Shown here in pieces: positions 1 to 12,661 of a DNA stretch of 64,000 nt. The notes under the pieces were generated by a model. It was not told the DNA's origin. It worked only from the letters and a program-made list of their open reading frames with translations, and searched no databases. The DNA lies in assembly GCA_965223855.1 (NCBI GenBank), contig CBDCXM010000009.1, forward strand, positions 1,504,001 through 1,568,000, given 5' to 3'. Position 1 is the stretch's first letter. The number at the start of each line of letters is the position of its first letter. The position numbers and the translations under genes are program-made. The DNA is from Candidatus Multivoradales bacterium. Lineage in GTDB: Bacteria > Acidobacteriota > Thermoanaerobaculia > Multivoradales > JAHEKO01.

Positions 1-991
1 CCAGACGAGCGAGGTCCATCCGGGTGGAGACGGCGGTCAGGCGGTCGTCGGTCGACAGTTCTTCGTCGGCCTCGAGGCGCTGCGCCGCCTGCTCCCAGGC
101 CTCGATCAACGCCGTCCGCTCGGCCCCCGGTTCCGGCGTCAGCAGCGAGACGACGCTCGTCGCCCGATAGGTGACGTCGAAGACGTTCTCGCGGCACAGG
201 TCCGGGTCTGCGAGCATCGCCAGCAGCGCCGGCGTCACCTCCTCGCGCGCGGCATCGTCGAGCACCGGGTCGTCTCCCTCTTCGGCGCCGCGGGCCAGAC
301 GCGCCGCCTCGCCGAGGTAGAGACCGAGGAACCGTGCCCGGGGACCCGCCAGCTCGGCGGGCGTCTCACGCCACAACCGCGCGAAGGTGCCGAGGCGCGC
401 CTCTTCTTCGAGCGCGATCTGACTGTCCTGACCCCAGGAGTAGTAGGCCAGCAGGTCGAGGTCGCCCGGGTCGGAAGCAGCGGGGCCGGCGGCGAGTACG
501 CTCTCCAGGATCTCACTCACCGGGCGGTCGAGCCGCAGCGCGCGCTCCATCACCGCGGCGTAGCGCGACACCGGCACGTCGGAGGGCATCCGCAGCAGCT
601 CCTCCCCCTCGGCGCTGTAGACCATCACGGTGGGGTAGCCCTGGACGTCGAGCTGCTCGCCCAGCACCTGGGCACCCTCCTCGTCGCCGTCGAGATAGAC
701 GGCGATGAAGTCGCGCGAGCGCTCCACGAAGTCGGGCTGGGAGAAGATCTTGTCCTTGAGGTAGTGGCAAGGCGGGCACCACTCCGCGCCCCAGTAAAGG
801 AAGAGCGGCTTGCCGACCTCCTTCGCCAGGGCGAAGGCCTCGTCCGCGCTGCCCTCGAACCAGGCGACGCCGGGAGCTTCGACCGCGGGTTCGGTAGCCG
901 CCGACTCCGACGGCTGCGATCGCCCGCAGCCGTCGAGGGCGAGGGCGAGAGTGGAGACGACGAAAGCGACCTGCCAGGTGGATCTGCTCAT
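1..991 (-). CDS. Thioredoxin-family lipoprotein (partial, runs off the window start)
   Basis: Manual translation from ATG at 991: MSRSTWQVAFVV...ALDGC (lipobox-like), LFLYWGAEWCPPCHYLK (CxxC), GYPT cis-Pro motif; open to position 1. Not in the ORF track because it has no stop in the window. Confidence 0.8.
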   Translation of the reverse strand, partial: MSRSTWQVAFVVSTLALALDGCGRSQPSESAATEPAVEAPGVAWFEGSADEAFALAKEVGKPLFLYWGAEWCPPCHYLKDKIFSQPDFVERSRDFIAVYLDGDEEGAQVLGEQLDVQGYPTVMVYSAEGEELLRMPSDVPVSRYAAVMERALRLDRPVSEILESVLAAGPAASDPGDLDLLAYYSWGQDSQIALEEEARLGTFARLWRETPAELAGPRARFLGLYLGEAARLARGAEEGDDPVLDDAAREEVTPALLAMLADPDLCRENVFDVTYRATSVVSLLTPEPGAERTALIEAWEQAAQRLEADEELSTDDRLTAVSTRMDLARL

Positions 992-1135
992 GGCGTACCT
1001 CTTGTCGGGAGTGCCGGCGGGTCGGCCCGGCCGGTCCTGCGATTCTAGTGGTCTCTCCAACAGCTACGGATTCGCTGCTCGAGAGTTCCGCGGAGGCTCG
1101 CTGCCACGAGGAGTCCCAGGCCGGTCGCGGGGGCG

Positions 1136-2359
1136 GTGATAGCTTCCCCTGGTGAGGTCGCAACGGTGAGGTGGAGGATCGCAGCGAAGTGGTCCGGGGC
1201 CAGGAGGAACGCGACGGTGACCCTGATCGCGGCGCTCGCGCTCGGGGCGGGCCAAGTCTCCGCCCAGACGGCTTGCTCCGACATCGAGGGCCTCAAGTTC
1301 GTCGAGGTCGATCTGGCCGACGGTATCGACCCGGTCGCCGCGCCCGGCGGCAGCACCGCAGGGCCGCAGGGGACCTGGACGGTCCAGTGCCCGGATGGGG
1401 CCTCGCCCTGTCCGTTCCCGTCCGGCTCACTCTTCCAGCCGCTCTACAACGGTGAGCATCTGGTCCAGTACACCCCGTCGACCGCTGCGACCGGCGGCTG
1501 CAGCTACAGCCTCCACGTCGGGCCACCGGGTCTTCAGGTGGAGCTGGTCTGGGAGTGGGACTCCGCGCTCGGCCCCGACACGGTCGATCTCGACCTTCAC
1601 CTTCATCGGCCGTCGAGCACCGCGCCCTGGGGCGGCAACAGCGGCACTCCGGACGACTGTGCCTGGGACAACTGCAAGGCGGCGAGCTTCGACCCCGGCG
1701 CACCGAACCCGATCGCTCCCGACTGGTTCGACGGCACCGCGCCGCCCGAGCCGGTCGACTGGTACGAGTCGCCGGTGTTCGAGGAGAACTCCTGCTACTT
1801 CATGCCGCAGGACGGCACGGTTTGGGCGTCCTACGGCCTCGGCTGCCACAACCCTCGGCTATCGCTCGACAACATCTCCTGCGACCCGGTCGAAACCGAC
1901 CCGGCGGACATCGAGTACTGTCATCCCGAGACCACCAACATCGACTACATGCCGCACCACCGCTGGACCCGCATCGGCGTGCACTACTTCAGTGCCGCAG
2001 GCCAGAGCTACGACGTGCATCCGAAGGTTCGGATCTACTGCGGCCGCCGGCTCTTGCTGACCCTCGGTGACGCGACGGCCGGCCCGCCCGGATACTCGCA
2101 GGAGGTGACCTTCACCCCGGCCGACGGAGGCGACATGTTCTGGCTCGTCGCCGACGTCGTCTTCCCGGCGGACCCGGGACCGGGAGAGCCCGCCTGCGAG
2201 ATCGCCCCGCTCTACGCCGACGCCAACCGTGCGCCCTACTACAGCACCGTCACCGAGGTGCAGCAGACCCTCGGACCTCCGTACCCGGGTGCGCAGCCGG
2301 TCTTCAGCGACGGCTTCGAGTCCGGGGACCTGTCGGCGTGGTCGACCGTCTTGCCCTGA
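1136..2359 (+). CDS. Secreted Cys-rich protein with C-terminal VFSDGFESGDLSAWSTVLP tail
   Basis: Signal-like segment TLIAALALGAGQVSAQ; DLDLHLH and NPRLSLD segments; conserved C-terminal tail. Start uncertain. Confidence 0.7.
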   Translation: MIASPGEVATVRWRIAAKWSGARRNATVTLIAALALGAGQVSAQTACSDIEGLKFVEVDLADGIDPVAAPGGSTAGPQGTWTVQCPDGASPCPFPSGSLFQPLYNGEHLVQYTPSTAATGGCSYSLHVGPPGLQVELVWEWDSALGPDTVDLDLHLHRPSSTAPWGGNSGTPDDCAWDNCKAASFDPGAPNPIAPDWFDGTAPPEPVDWYESPVFEENSCYFMPQDGTVWASYGLGCHNPRLSLDNISCDPVETDPADIEYCHPETTNIDYMPHHRWTRIGVHYFSAAGQSYDVHPKVRIYCGRRLLLTLGDATAGPPGYSQEVTFTPADGGDMFWLVADVVFPADPGPGEPACEIAPLYADANRAPYYSTVTEVQQTLGPPYPGAQPVFSDGFESGDLSAWSTVLP

Positions 2360-2594
2360 GGTCGTGCGGGACGCTGAGCCGTGGCCGATTCGTGAGGGAC
2401 GGACCTTGCGAGCGCCTACACCAGCGAGGCGGGACTCGAAGCCCGTGCCAGTCCCCCCGGGTTCCGTGCTCTAATCCGTCCAGCATCCAACGAGGTCGAG
2501 GAGGGTTCGTCCACGCGGAGTCGCCGCGGGCGAGAAGCGTTGCGGGAGGTTGCTCCCGCGCGGCCCTGCGACCTGACAATCAGGAGGGAAGAGC

Positions 2595-3101
2595 ATGACC
2601 GCATCTACATCCGGGAGCCCCAGTCGCGCCGCGTTTCTCGCCGCGGCGTTGCTTGCGCTCGTCGCAGGAAACGCCTTCGCCGAGACCGCGGAGAGCGGCG
2701 TGGCGGGGGAGATCAAGGCGCTGATCAAGGCGGACAACGAGTACGTGAAGGCGAATCTCAAGGATCGGGAGGGCGGCGTCTCGGCAGAGGGCTCGCTCGA
2801 GTTCTGGTCGAGCGGGGGCCTCATGCAGTGGTCCGCCCCCGACGACAACCTGACGGAGTACGACCGGTTCACCATCACGCCCAAGCACATCAAGGTCATC
2901 GAGCTGCCGGGCGGGGAGGCCGCGGTGGCGATGTACTACTCCGAGGGCACGATGGCTCGCAAGGGGGCGGCGGCGGTGACCAACTACTTCACCCGCGTCA
3001 CCCAGGTGTTCGTCAAGGAGAACGGCGAGTGGGTGAGCCGGGCAGCTCACTGGTCGCCGGTCCAGGGCGGCTCGGGCACCAACCAGACCGCCGTAGATTG
3101 A
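2595..3101 (+). CDS. Exported NTF2-like (DUF4440-type) protein
   Basis: RBS AGGAGG; signal peptide ending AFA; C-terminal TRVTQVFVKENGEWVSRAAHWS typical of NTF2/SnoaL folds. Confidence 0.7.
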   Translation: MTASTSGSPSRAAFLAAALLALVAGNAFAETAESGVAGEIKALIKADNEYVKANLKDREGGVSAEGSLEFWSSGGLMQWSAPDDNLTEYDRFTITPKHIKVIELPGGEAAVAMYYSEGTMARKGAAAVTNYFTRVTQVFVKENGEWVSRAAHWSPVQGGSGTNQTAVD

Positions 3102-3181
3102 TTCTGGGGCAGTTCCGGTGCCGGCCAGTGCCGCCATCAGGCGACGCTGCGCTTCGGCACCGGGCTGTCGCCCCGCCTCGT

Positions 3182-4087
3182 TCAGCCGTCCTTGAGGAAC
3201 GTCCCCCGGTCGAGCTCCTCGTACGCCTCCTGGAGTTCGGCCTGGGTGTTCATGACGATCGGCCCGTACCAGGCGACAGGCTCCCTCAGCGGCCGGCCGG
3301 AGACGAGGAGGAAGCGGATCCCCTCCTCGCCAGCCTCGACGGTCACTTCGTCGCCACGGTCGAAGAGGACCAGCGATCGGTTGTCGGCCTCGGCCGAGGG
3401 TGCCGCGTCAGCCCAGCCGACCCCTTCGGTGGGGACGGCGAGTGGGTCCGAGGCGTTGCAGAACCGCCCGCTGCCCGCGAAGACGTAGGCGAAGGCGTGG
3501 CTCGTGGTCTCGACCGGCAGGGTCCGGCGCGTGCCCGGCGGCACCGAGACGTCGACGTAGACCGGGTCGGCGGTGATGCCGTCCACGGGCCCGGTCTGCC
3601 CCCAGAAGGTTCCGCAGACGATCCGGGCGCGGGTGCCGTCATCTTCCGTCACCTCCGGGATGTCGGCGCTCGCGACCTCCTGATAGCGCGGTGGAGTCAT
3701 CTTGAGCGACGACGGCAGGTTCGCCCACAGCTGGAAGCCGTGCATCCGGCCCCGGTCGTCGCCGCGCGGCATCTCCTGATGGAGGATGCCGCTGCCGGCG
3801 GTCATCCACTGGATGTCTCCCGCCTCAATCGCACCCCGGTTGCCCAGGCTGTCGCCATGCTCGACCGAGCCTGCCAGCACGTAGGTGATTGTCTCGATTC
3901 CCCGGTGCGGGTGCCAGGGGAAGCCGGCGAGATAGTCCTCCGGGCGCTCGTTGCGGAAGTCGTCGAAGAGCAGGAACGGATCGAAGTCCGAGGTGTTGCC
4001 GAAGCCGAAGGCGCGGTCGAGGCGGACACCCGCCCCTTCCATGGTGGGCTTTGCCTTGACGAGACGCTTGACCGGACGGATCGACAT
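3182..4087 (-). CDS. Pirin family protein
   Basis: DPFLLFDDF, GFPWHPHRGIETITY, QWMTAGSGILHQE, GPIVMNT; start taken at MSIRPVKR. Confidence 0.95.
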   Translation of the reverse strand: MSIRPVKRLVKAKPTMEGAGVRLDRAFGFGNTSDFDPFLLFDDFRNERPEDYLAGFPWHPHRGIETITYVLAGSVEHGDSLGNRGAIEAGDIQWMTAGSGILHQEMPRGDDRGRMHGFQLWANLPSSLKMTPPRYQEVASADIPEVTEDDGTRARIVCGTFWGQTGPVDGITADPVYVDVSVPPGTRRTLPVETTSHAFAYVFAGSGRFCNASDPLAVPTEGVGWADAAPSAEADNRSLVLFDRGDEVTVEAGEEGIRFLLVSGRPLREPVAWYGPIVMNTQAELQEAYEELDRGTFLKDG

Positions 4088-4255
4088 CGTGGGCCCAGCC
4101 GACTGGCGGGACTGTCGTGCAAGGACTCTATCCAATGGCACAGACTCGTCGGACCGAGTTGCCGTGTCTCCGGGACCCGGATCGCGCTTGCCGCCGGTTG
4201 CGCCGGATAGACTTCCGGCACTCTCGGATGAAAGGCAGGCCATGAACGAACGGCG

Positions 4256-6928
4256 GTGCGCCTGAACGACTGCGTCCGGTGCGGCGCCGCGAACGAGGAG
4301 AGCAGCCGCTTCTGTGGCGGGTGCGGGGCGGAGCTGTCGGTTTCGTCGCTCCCGACCGTCGCGTTCGGCCACGGCGCGGCGAGTCCGGCGGAAGCCGCCG
4401 AGCGCTTCCTGCCGGGTCAGATCCTCGGTGATCGCTATCGGATCGTGGCGCCGCTGGGTCGCGGCGGGATGGGCGAGGTCTACCGGGCCGATGACCTCAA
4501 GCTGGGCCAGACGGTAGCGATCAAGCTGCTGCCCGAGCGCTACGAGAAGGACCCGGCCTACCTGGAGCGGCTACGCAACGAGGTGCGACTGTCGCTCCAG
4601 GTGACCCACCCGAACGTCTGCCGGGTGTTCGATCTCGGGGAGGCCGACGGACGCCACTTCCTGTCGATGGAGTACGTCGACGGCGAGGACCTCGCCTCGC
4701 TCCTGCGGCGCATCGGACGCCTGCCGGGGGGCAAGGCGGTCGATGTCGCCCGGCAGCTGTGCGCCGGGCTGGCGGCGGCGCACGAGCGCGGCGTGCTCCA
4801 TCGCGATCTCAAGCCGGCCAACGTGATGATCGACGGCCGGGGCCATGCCAAGATCACCGACTTCGGTCTCGCCGGCGCCACCGAGGGGATCGAGGGCGGA
4901 GAGGCGCGAGTGGGCACTCCGGGCTATCAGGCGCCGGAGCAGCTCGCCGGAGACAGGCTGACGACGGCGACCGACCTCTACGCCCTGGGGCTGGTTCTCT
5001 ACGAGCTCTTCACCGGGCAGCGCGCGTTCCCGGGAGACCGTTCGGCGGATGTCGTGCGCCGGGAGCGCAGCTCCCAGCCTTCGTCGCCGTCGAGCCACGT
5101 CGCCGAAATCGACCCGGTCGTCGAGCGGGTCGTCATGCACTGCCTGGAATCCGACCCCGGCGCTCGCCCAGCTTCCGCGCTCGCGGTGGCCGCGGCCCTG
5201 CCGGGCGGGGATCCCCTCGCCGCAGCGCTCGCTGCGGGCGAGACACCCTCGCCGGAGATGGTCGCCCAGGCGGGCGACGAAGGGAGCTTGCGGCCGGCGG
5301 TCGCCGTTTCGATGCTGGCGGCGATTCTCCTGGGCCTCGCACTCCTTCCCTGGCTGCCCGACCGGCGGCTCCTCGACCACATCGAGCTTCCGATTCCACC
5401 TCAGGAGTTGGCTCGCACTGCGCGGGACCTCGCGTCGGAGATCGGCTATCCCGATATCCCGGTTGATCGGGCCTGGGACTTCGCCAGCAACCAGGACTAC
5501 TTCGACTACGTCGTGTCGCGCTCGGACGAGCCGGATCGCTGGGACGACCTCGGCCGGGTGCGACCCAGCCCGGTCGATTTCTGGTACCGGGAGTCGCCCG
5601 TTCACATCGTGCCTCACCGCGTAAACGCGGCGATCAGCCCGTCGAGGCCGGCTCTCAGGCTCTCGGGCGAGATCCTGATCCGTCTCGATCCCGAAGGGCG
5701 GTTGCTGTTCTTCAAGGCGGTGCCACCACATCTCATGGATGCTGGGCCGGCTCGGGGCGAGGTCGACTGGGAGGCGCTCTTCCTTCACGCAGGGCTGGAC
5801 CGCGCCTTCTTCGTGGAGGATCGCCCCAGGTGGACGGAGCTCGTCGCGAGCGATGCGCGGAAAGCCTGGAAGAGCGGAAAGGTCGATGGGGTGGGAGGGG
5901 AGCTGCGGGTCGAGGCGGCCTCCCTTCAGGGGGTGCCGGTCTACTTTGCCGTGATCGCGCCGTGGATGGAGGCCGAGCGCATGTCCGACCCCTCGCGGGA
6001 CTTCGGCGTTCAAGTGCTCGGAACGATGACCGTCTTCGTCCTGATCGCCGCCGGCAGTATCTTCCTGGCTCGCCGGAATCGCCGCCTGGGCCGCAGTCAT
6101 GGTCAGGGAGCCCGACGCGTCGCGATCGCGATGTTTGCTCTGAGATTCGTCTCCATAGTCGTCGAGAGCAACCACACGCCTACGCCGTGGGAGCTCATCG
6201 CGCTGATCGAGACGATCGCGTGGTCGCTTCTTTTCGGTGCACTGGGATGGGTTCTTTACACCGCGATCGAGCCGTACGGCCGCAAGCTCTGGCCTAACGT
6301 GCTGATCGGTTGGACACGGCTGCTCAACGGTCGCGTCCGCGACCCGCTGGTGGGCAGAACCCTCCTTCTTGGTGGCGTTGTCGGGGTCGTGTGGGCTGTG
6401 GCGGCGGTCGGCATCGGTCACCTCACCACAGCCCTGGGTGCGCCACCGCCACCTCCCTGGACCCGGGCGGACGCTCTCGTGATGCAGGCCCCCTGGAACC
6501 TGGCGGCCGCCTATCTGATCGACCAACTGATTCCCAGCCTGGTTTTTCCGCTCTGGACTCTTACGGCACTCGTCATCCTGCGGGTAGTCGCGCGCTCCCA
6601 GCGTCTCGCCTCCGTGCTTTTCGTCGTCGGTCTTTCCGTCGTGCTGCGGGGGTGGCACGGTGACGGTCTTCCTTTCTGGATCGGCATCGTCGTGAGCGCC
6701 CTCTTCTGGGGGGCTGCCTGGTACGTCCTCACCCGTCACGGCTTTCTCGCCGTCGGGGCGATGGTCCTCTTCGTCTCCCTGTCGAGCATGGCGATCGGTG
6801 CCGACCCCGGCACCTGGCACTTTCCGAGGATCTTCGTGCCACTCCTCCTGCTGGCGGCCGTGGCGATCTACGGCTTCGTCGTCTCTCTCGGCGGGCAGAA
6901 GCTCTTCCGCGACGTGCTGGCGGACTGA
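4256..6928 (+). CDS. Hanks-type Ser/Thr kinase with N-terminal zinc ribbon and polytopic membrane C-terminus
   Basis: CVRC..CGGC; GRGGMGEVY, VAIK, HRDLKPAN, DFG, GTPGYQAPE; many hydrophobic helices after residue ~345. Confidence 0.92.
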   Translation: MRLNDCVRCGAANEESSRFCGGCGAELSVSSLPTVAFGHGAASPAEAAERFLPGQILGDRYRIVAPLGRGGMGEVYRADDLKLGQTVAIKLLPERYEKDPAYLERLRNEVRLSLQVTHPNVCRVFDLGEADGRHFLSMEYVDGEDLASLLRRIGRLPGGKAVDVARQLCAGLAAAHERGVLHRDLKPANVMIDGRGHAKITDFGLAGATEGIEGGEARVGTPGYQAPEQLAGDRLTTATDLYALGLVLYELFTGQRAFPGDRSADVVRRERSSQPSSPSSHVAEIDPVVERVVMHCLESDPGARPASALAVAAALPGGDPLAAALAAGETPSPEMVAQAGDEGSLRPAVAVSMLAAILLGLALLPWLPDRRLLDHIELPIPPQELARTARDLASEIGYPDIPVDRAWDFASNQDYFDYVVSRSDEPDRWDDLGRVRPSPVDFWYRESPVHIVPHRVNAAISPSRPALRLSGEILIRLDPEGRLLFFKAVPPHLMDAGPARGEVDWEALFLHAGLDRAFFVEDRPRWTELVASDARKAWKSGKVDGVGGELRVEAASLQGVPVYFAVIAPWMEAERMSDPSRDFGVQVLGTMTVFVLIAAGSIFLARRNRRLGRSHGQGARRVAIAMFALRFVSIVVESNHTPTPWELIALIETIAWSLLFGALGWVLYTAIEPYGRKLWPNVLIGWTRLLNGRVRDPLVGRTLLLGGVVGVVWAVAAVGIGHLTTALGAPPPPPWTRADALVMQAPWNLAAAYLIDQLIPSLVFPLWTLTALVILRVVARSQRLASVLFVVGLSVVLRGWHGDGLPFWIGIVVSALFWGAAWYVLTRHGFLAVGAMVLFVSLSSMAIGADPGTWHFPRIFVPLLLLAAVAIYGFVVSLGGQKLFRDVLAD

Positions 6929-6952
6929 GCGGCCTTCTCAGCACTCACAGGT

Positions 6953-7717
6953 GTGAGCGATGATCGGATCGGCGCGTTCCATGGCACAGTCCGAGCCGAC
7001 GAGGCGCACGGCTTGAGCGCCCAGGCGGTCAGAGCCGAGCTGCGGGCTCTCGCCGACCCCGAGAAGGCTGCCCACTCCCGGGCCTTCTTCAAGGCGGGGC
7101 CCGGCCAGTACGGCGAGGGCGATCGCTTCCTCGGGGTGACCGTGCCGGCGCAGCGCAAGGTGGCCAGGCGCTATCGCGACCTCCCGCTCCGCAGCGTGCG
7201 GAGCCTGCTGTGCGATCCGCATCACGAATGCCGCCTGACGGCGCTCCTGATCCTCGTGCTGCAGTTCGAGAGAGGGGGAGAGGCGGAGCGCTCGCGCATC
7301 GTGAGCTTCTACCTCGAGCACCTCGACTTCGTGAACAGCTGGGACCTCGTCGACAGCTCGGCTCACCAGATCCTCGGTGCCTGGCTGGAGGGGCGGGACC
7401 GGTCGGTCCTCGACGAGCTGGCCGCGAGCGGCCACCTCTGGCGCCAGCGGGTGGCGATGATCGCCACCTACCACTTCATCCGGCAGGGTGAGTTCGACGA
7501 CGCGCTGAGACTCTCCCGCACACTCCTCGACCACGAGCACGACCTCATCCACAAGGCGGTGGGGTGGATGCTGCGCGAGGTCGGCAACCGGAATCTCGAG
7601 GTGGAGGAGCGCTTCCTCGAACGGCACTATCGCCGGATGCCCCGGACGATGCTGCGCTACGCCATCGAGAAGTTCGAGAAGGCAGAGCGCAGGGCGTATC
7701 TGGAGGGGCGTGTGTAG
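6953..7717 (+). CDS. DNA alkylation repair protein (AlkD-like)
   Basis: FFKAGPGQYGEGDRFLGVTVP, NSWDLVDSSA, LIHKAVGWMLRE, MPRTMLRYAIE. Confidence 0.9.
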   Translation: MSDDRIGAFHGTVRADEAHGLSAQAVRAELRALADPEKAAHSRAFFKAGPGQYGEGDRFLGVTVPAQRKVARRYRDLPLRSVRSLLCDPHHECRLTALLILVLQFERGGEAERSRIVSFYLEHLDFVNSWDLVDSSAHQILGAWLEGRDRSVLDELAASGHLWRQRVAMIATYHFIRQGEFDDALRLSRTLLDHEHDLIHKAVGWMLREVGNRNLEVEERFLERHYRRMPRTMLRYAIEKFEKAERRAYLEGRV

Positions 7718-7753
7718 GGCGCGCCCCGCTGCCCGCTTGCTGGTACCGCCAGG

Positions 7754-9043
7754 TCAATCCAGGGCGACGACGACACCGCCTTGCACCACGAGGACGACGT
7801 TCGCGAGCGAGTCGAGACTCTCCAGCGGGTTCCCGTCGACCACGATCAGATCGGCCAGCTTCCCGGGCTCGAGGCTGCCGAGGTCGTCGCCGCGCCCGAG
7901 AAACTCGGCCGCCCCCAGCGTCGCTGTTCGAAGGACAGCCGCTGTGTCGATGCCGGCCCCGGAAAGCAACTCGAGCTCCCGGTGGTACGCCTCGGCGGGG
8001 GCCAGGTGAGGGCTGTCCGTGCCGAGCGCGAGAGTGTCGCTATCGGCCGCGGCGATGGCGGCGACCGCCCATGTCTGTGCCTCGAGGTCGCGCGCGAGCC
8101 CCGCCGCCATCTCTTCCTGTCCCTCGTCGCGGAGATCTTCGACCCAGTCCGCCAGCACCACGAGGGTGGTGGAGACCCTCGCTTCGTGTTTGCGCATCGC
8201 CGCGAGCAGACGGTCGGCGTCGGCGGTCTTCATCGAGTGAATCACCGGAACGTGGACGAGACGATCGAGCCCGGCCTCGACGGCCGCGATCGCCTGGTCC
8301 ACGCCCGAAACATGAGCGTAGGCGAGGAGGCCTTCGGCGTGGATGGCCTCGATCAGCGCAGTCACGAGGTTGCCGTCGAGGGCCGGAAACTCGCTCTCGT
8401 TGACGACGAACTTGACGAAATCGACTCCTGCGCCGGCGAGCTCCGACACGACGTCTCCGGCTTCTTCCACCGTGGCCACCTCGCGCGCCGCATTCTCGCG
8501 ACACCACGGATTGGGACCTCCGGAATCGAGGAAGCCGCAGAGGGTGACGACCGGGTGGCCCTCGACGGCGGTGACGACCGGCCCTGAGGTGAGCAACCTC
8601 GGTCCCGCCACATCCCCGGAACGAATGCGCCCCCGCACTTCGAGGATGAACGGCCAGTAGTCACCGGTCGAAGCCACGGTCGTGATGCCCGTCCGCAGAA
8701 ACTCGCGCAGTCGGTCGGGCAGCCGGTTCGTGAGGTAATCCTCGAGATCGGAAGCCTTCCGCGGTTGTCGCGAGATGTCCTCGATGCTCAGGTGGACGTG
8801 CGCGTCGATCAACCCGGGCAGGACGGTCTTGCCGCTCGCATCGATTCGCTCGGCGTCGGCTGCAGCGATCGGCTCGCCTGAGACAGCGACGATTCGATCG
8901 CCCGCCATCGCGACGAACCCCGGCTCGAGCACGCTCCCGTCTCCGACGACTACGCGGCCGTTCTCGACCACGAGCGTTATCTCCTGCGCCGTGCCCTGCC
9001 CGGCGATCAGTGCCAGCAGGACCGCCCACACCGCGAGCTTCAT
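7754..9043 (-). CDS. Exported amidohydrolase family protein
   Basis: Signal peptide; PGLIDAHVH; GTD; GSLEPGKLADLIVVDGNPL. Confidence 0.88.
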   Translation of the reverse strand: MKLAVWAVLLALIAGQGTAQEITLVVENGRVVVGDGSVLEPGFVAMAGDRIVAVSGEPIAAADAERIDASGKTVLPGLIDAHVHLSIEDISRQPRKASDLEDYLTNRLPDRLREFLRTGITTVASTGDYWPFILEVRGRIRSGDVAGPRLLTSGPVVTAVEGHPVVTLCGFLDSGGPNPWCRENAAREVATVEEAGDVVSELAGAGVDFVKFVVNESEFPALDGNLVTALIEAIHAEGLLAYAHVSGVDQAIAAVEAGLDRLVHVPVIHSMKTADADRLLAAMRKHEARVSTTLVVLADWVEDLRDEGQEEMAAGLARDLEAQTWAVAAIAAADSDTLALGTDSPHLAPAEAYHRELELLSGAGIDTAAVLRTATLGAAEFLGRGDDLGSLEPGKLADLIVVDGNPLESLDSLANVVLVVQGGVVVALD

Positions 9044-9314
9044 ACGGGCCTCCTTCTCCTGTCTGATGCGGTCGTATCCTACCGAAGCGTGGCTCCGGTC
9101 GGGGGCGCCAGGTCGGTCTCGGCGCCCCGGGGGCGCTCCCCCGGACTCTGGCTCCCATGGCTACCGGCATCAGCCCCGGGGTCGGACCGCGGGAACCCTT
9201 GCGTCGGCGAATCTGGAGGGCGCGATCAGAACCCGCATCGCCTCATCGAAAAGGCTCCCGGCCGGCGCGGTGGCCGACCGGGAGCAGGTTCCGGAAGACG
9301 GAGGACGGGCTCGC

Positions 9315-11660
<2,346 letters not shown>

Positions 11661-11662
<2 letters not shown>

Positions 11663-12569
11663 GGAGATTCACCAGCTTCGCTACTTCCTCGCTGTCGCAG
11701 AGACCGGCAGCTTCACGGCCGCAGCGAAGCGGTGTCACGTCGCCCAGCCGTCGCTGAGTCAGCAGGTGCGCCGGCTCGAAGAGCAGACCGGCTTCCGGCT
11801 CTTCGACCGCCTTCCGAAAGGCGCGGCGCTCACCGATGCGGGGCGCGCCCTGCTACCGAGGGCGCGACGGATTCTCGCCGACGTTGCCGACGCCGCGGCG
11901 GCGGTCGCCGACGACCTCGAGACCGGCCGGGGTGCCCTCGTCGTCGGGGCGATCCCGACCATGGCGCCCTACCTGCTGCCGGCCATGGCACCTCGCTTTC
12001 TTCGCCGCTTCCCGGAGTGTGAGCTGACCCTGGTCGAGGACTACACCGAGCGGCTTCTCGACAAGCTGATCGACCAGTCGATCGACATGGCGATCCTGAG
12101 CACGCCGATCGACAGCGAGGCCGTTGCCGTCTCTGTGGTCGGTAGCGAGCGGCTCCTCATCGCCGCCCACCGTGACCATGAACTCGTCGCCGAGCTCGAC
12201 TCCCGCACGATCGAGGACCTCGACGGCCAACCGACCGTCGTGCTCGACGAACTCCATTGCCTCGGTCAGCAGCTCGAGTCCTTCTGTGCCGCGCGGAGCT
12301 TCAGCCGCAGGATCGTGTGCCGCTCCACCCAGTTGGAGACGATTCTGCGCCTCGTCGCCCTCGGGCTCGGCATCTCCTTCGTCCCCGAGATGTGCGCTCG
12401 AGCCGACCGCTCGACCAGCCGGCGCTACCTCCGTCTGCGCGACGGCGGACCGGAACGCGAGATCGCAGTCGCCCGGCACGCAGGCCGCCCGCCCTCCCGA
12501 CTCGCCTCGGCGTTCGCCGAGCTGTTGAAGGAGGATCTGGAGGCGGGGCGACATCGCGTCGTCCCGTAG
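11661..12569 (+). CDS. oxyR: LysR regulator, OxyR-like hydrogen peroxide sensor
   Basis: LysR HTH (GSFTAAAKRCHVAQPSLSQQV); GAIPTMAPYLLP; HCLGQQLESFC matches the OxyR redox C-x8-C spacing; divergent from katG. Confidence 0.85.
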
Positions 12570-12661
12570 GCCCGCGCTCTTGCGTTGTGCGATCTGCAGA
12601 CTCCAGCTTCCGGCTGCGACAGGCGCGTTTCGCGAGGAACTACTGAAGGTGGTTTGGAGCC

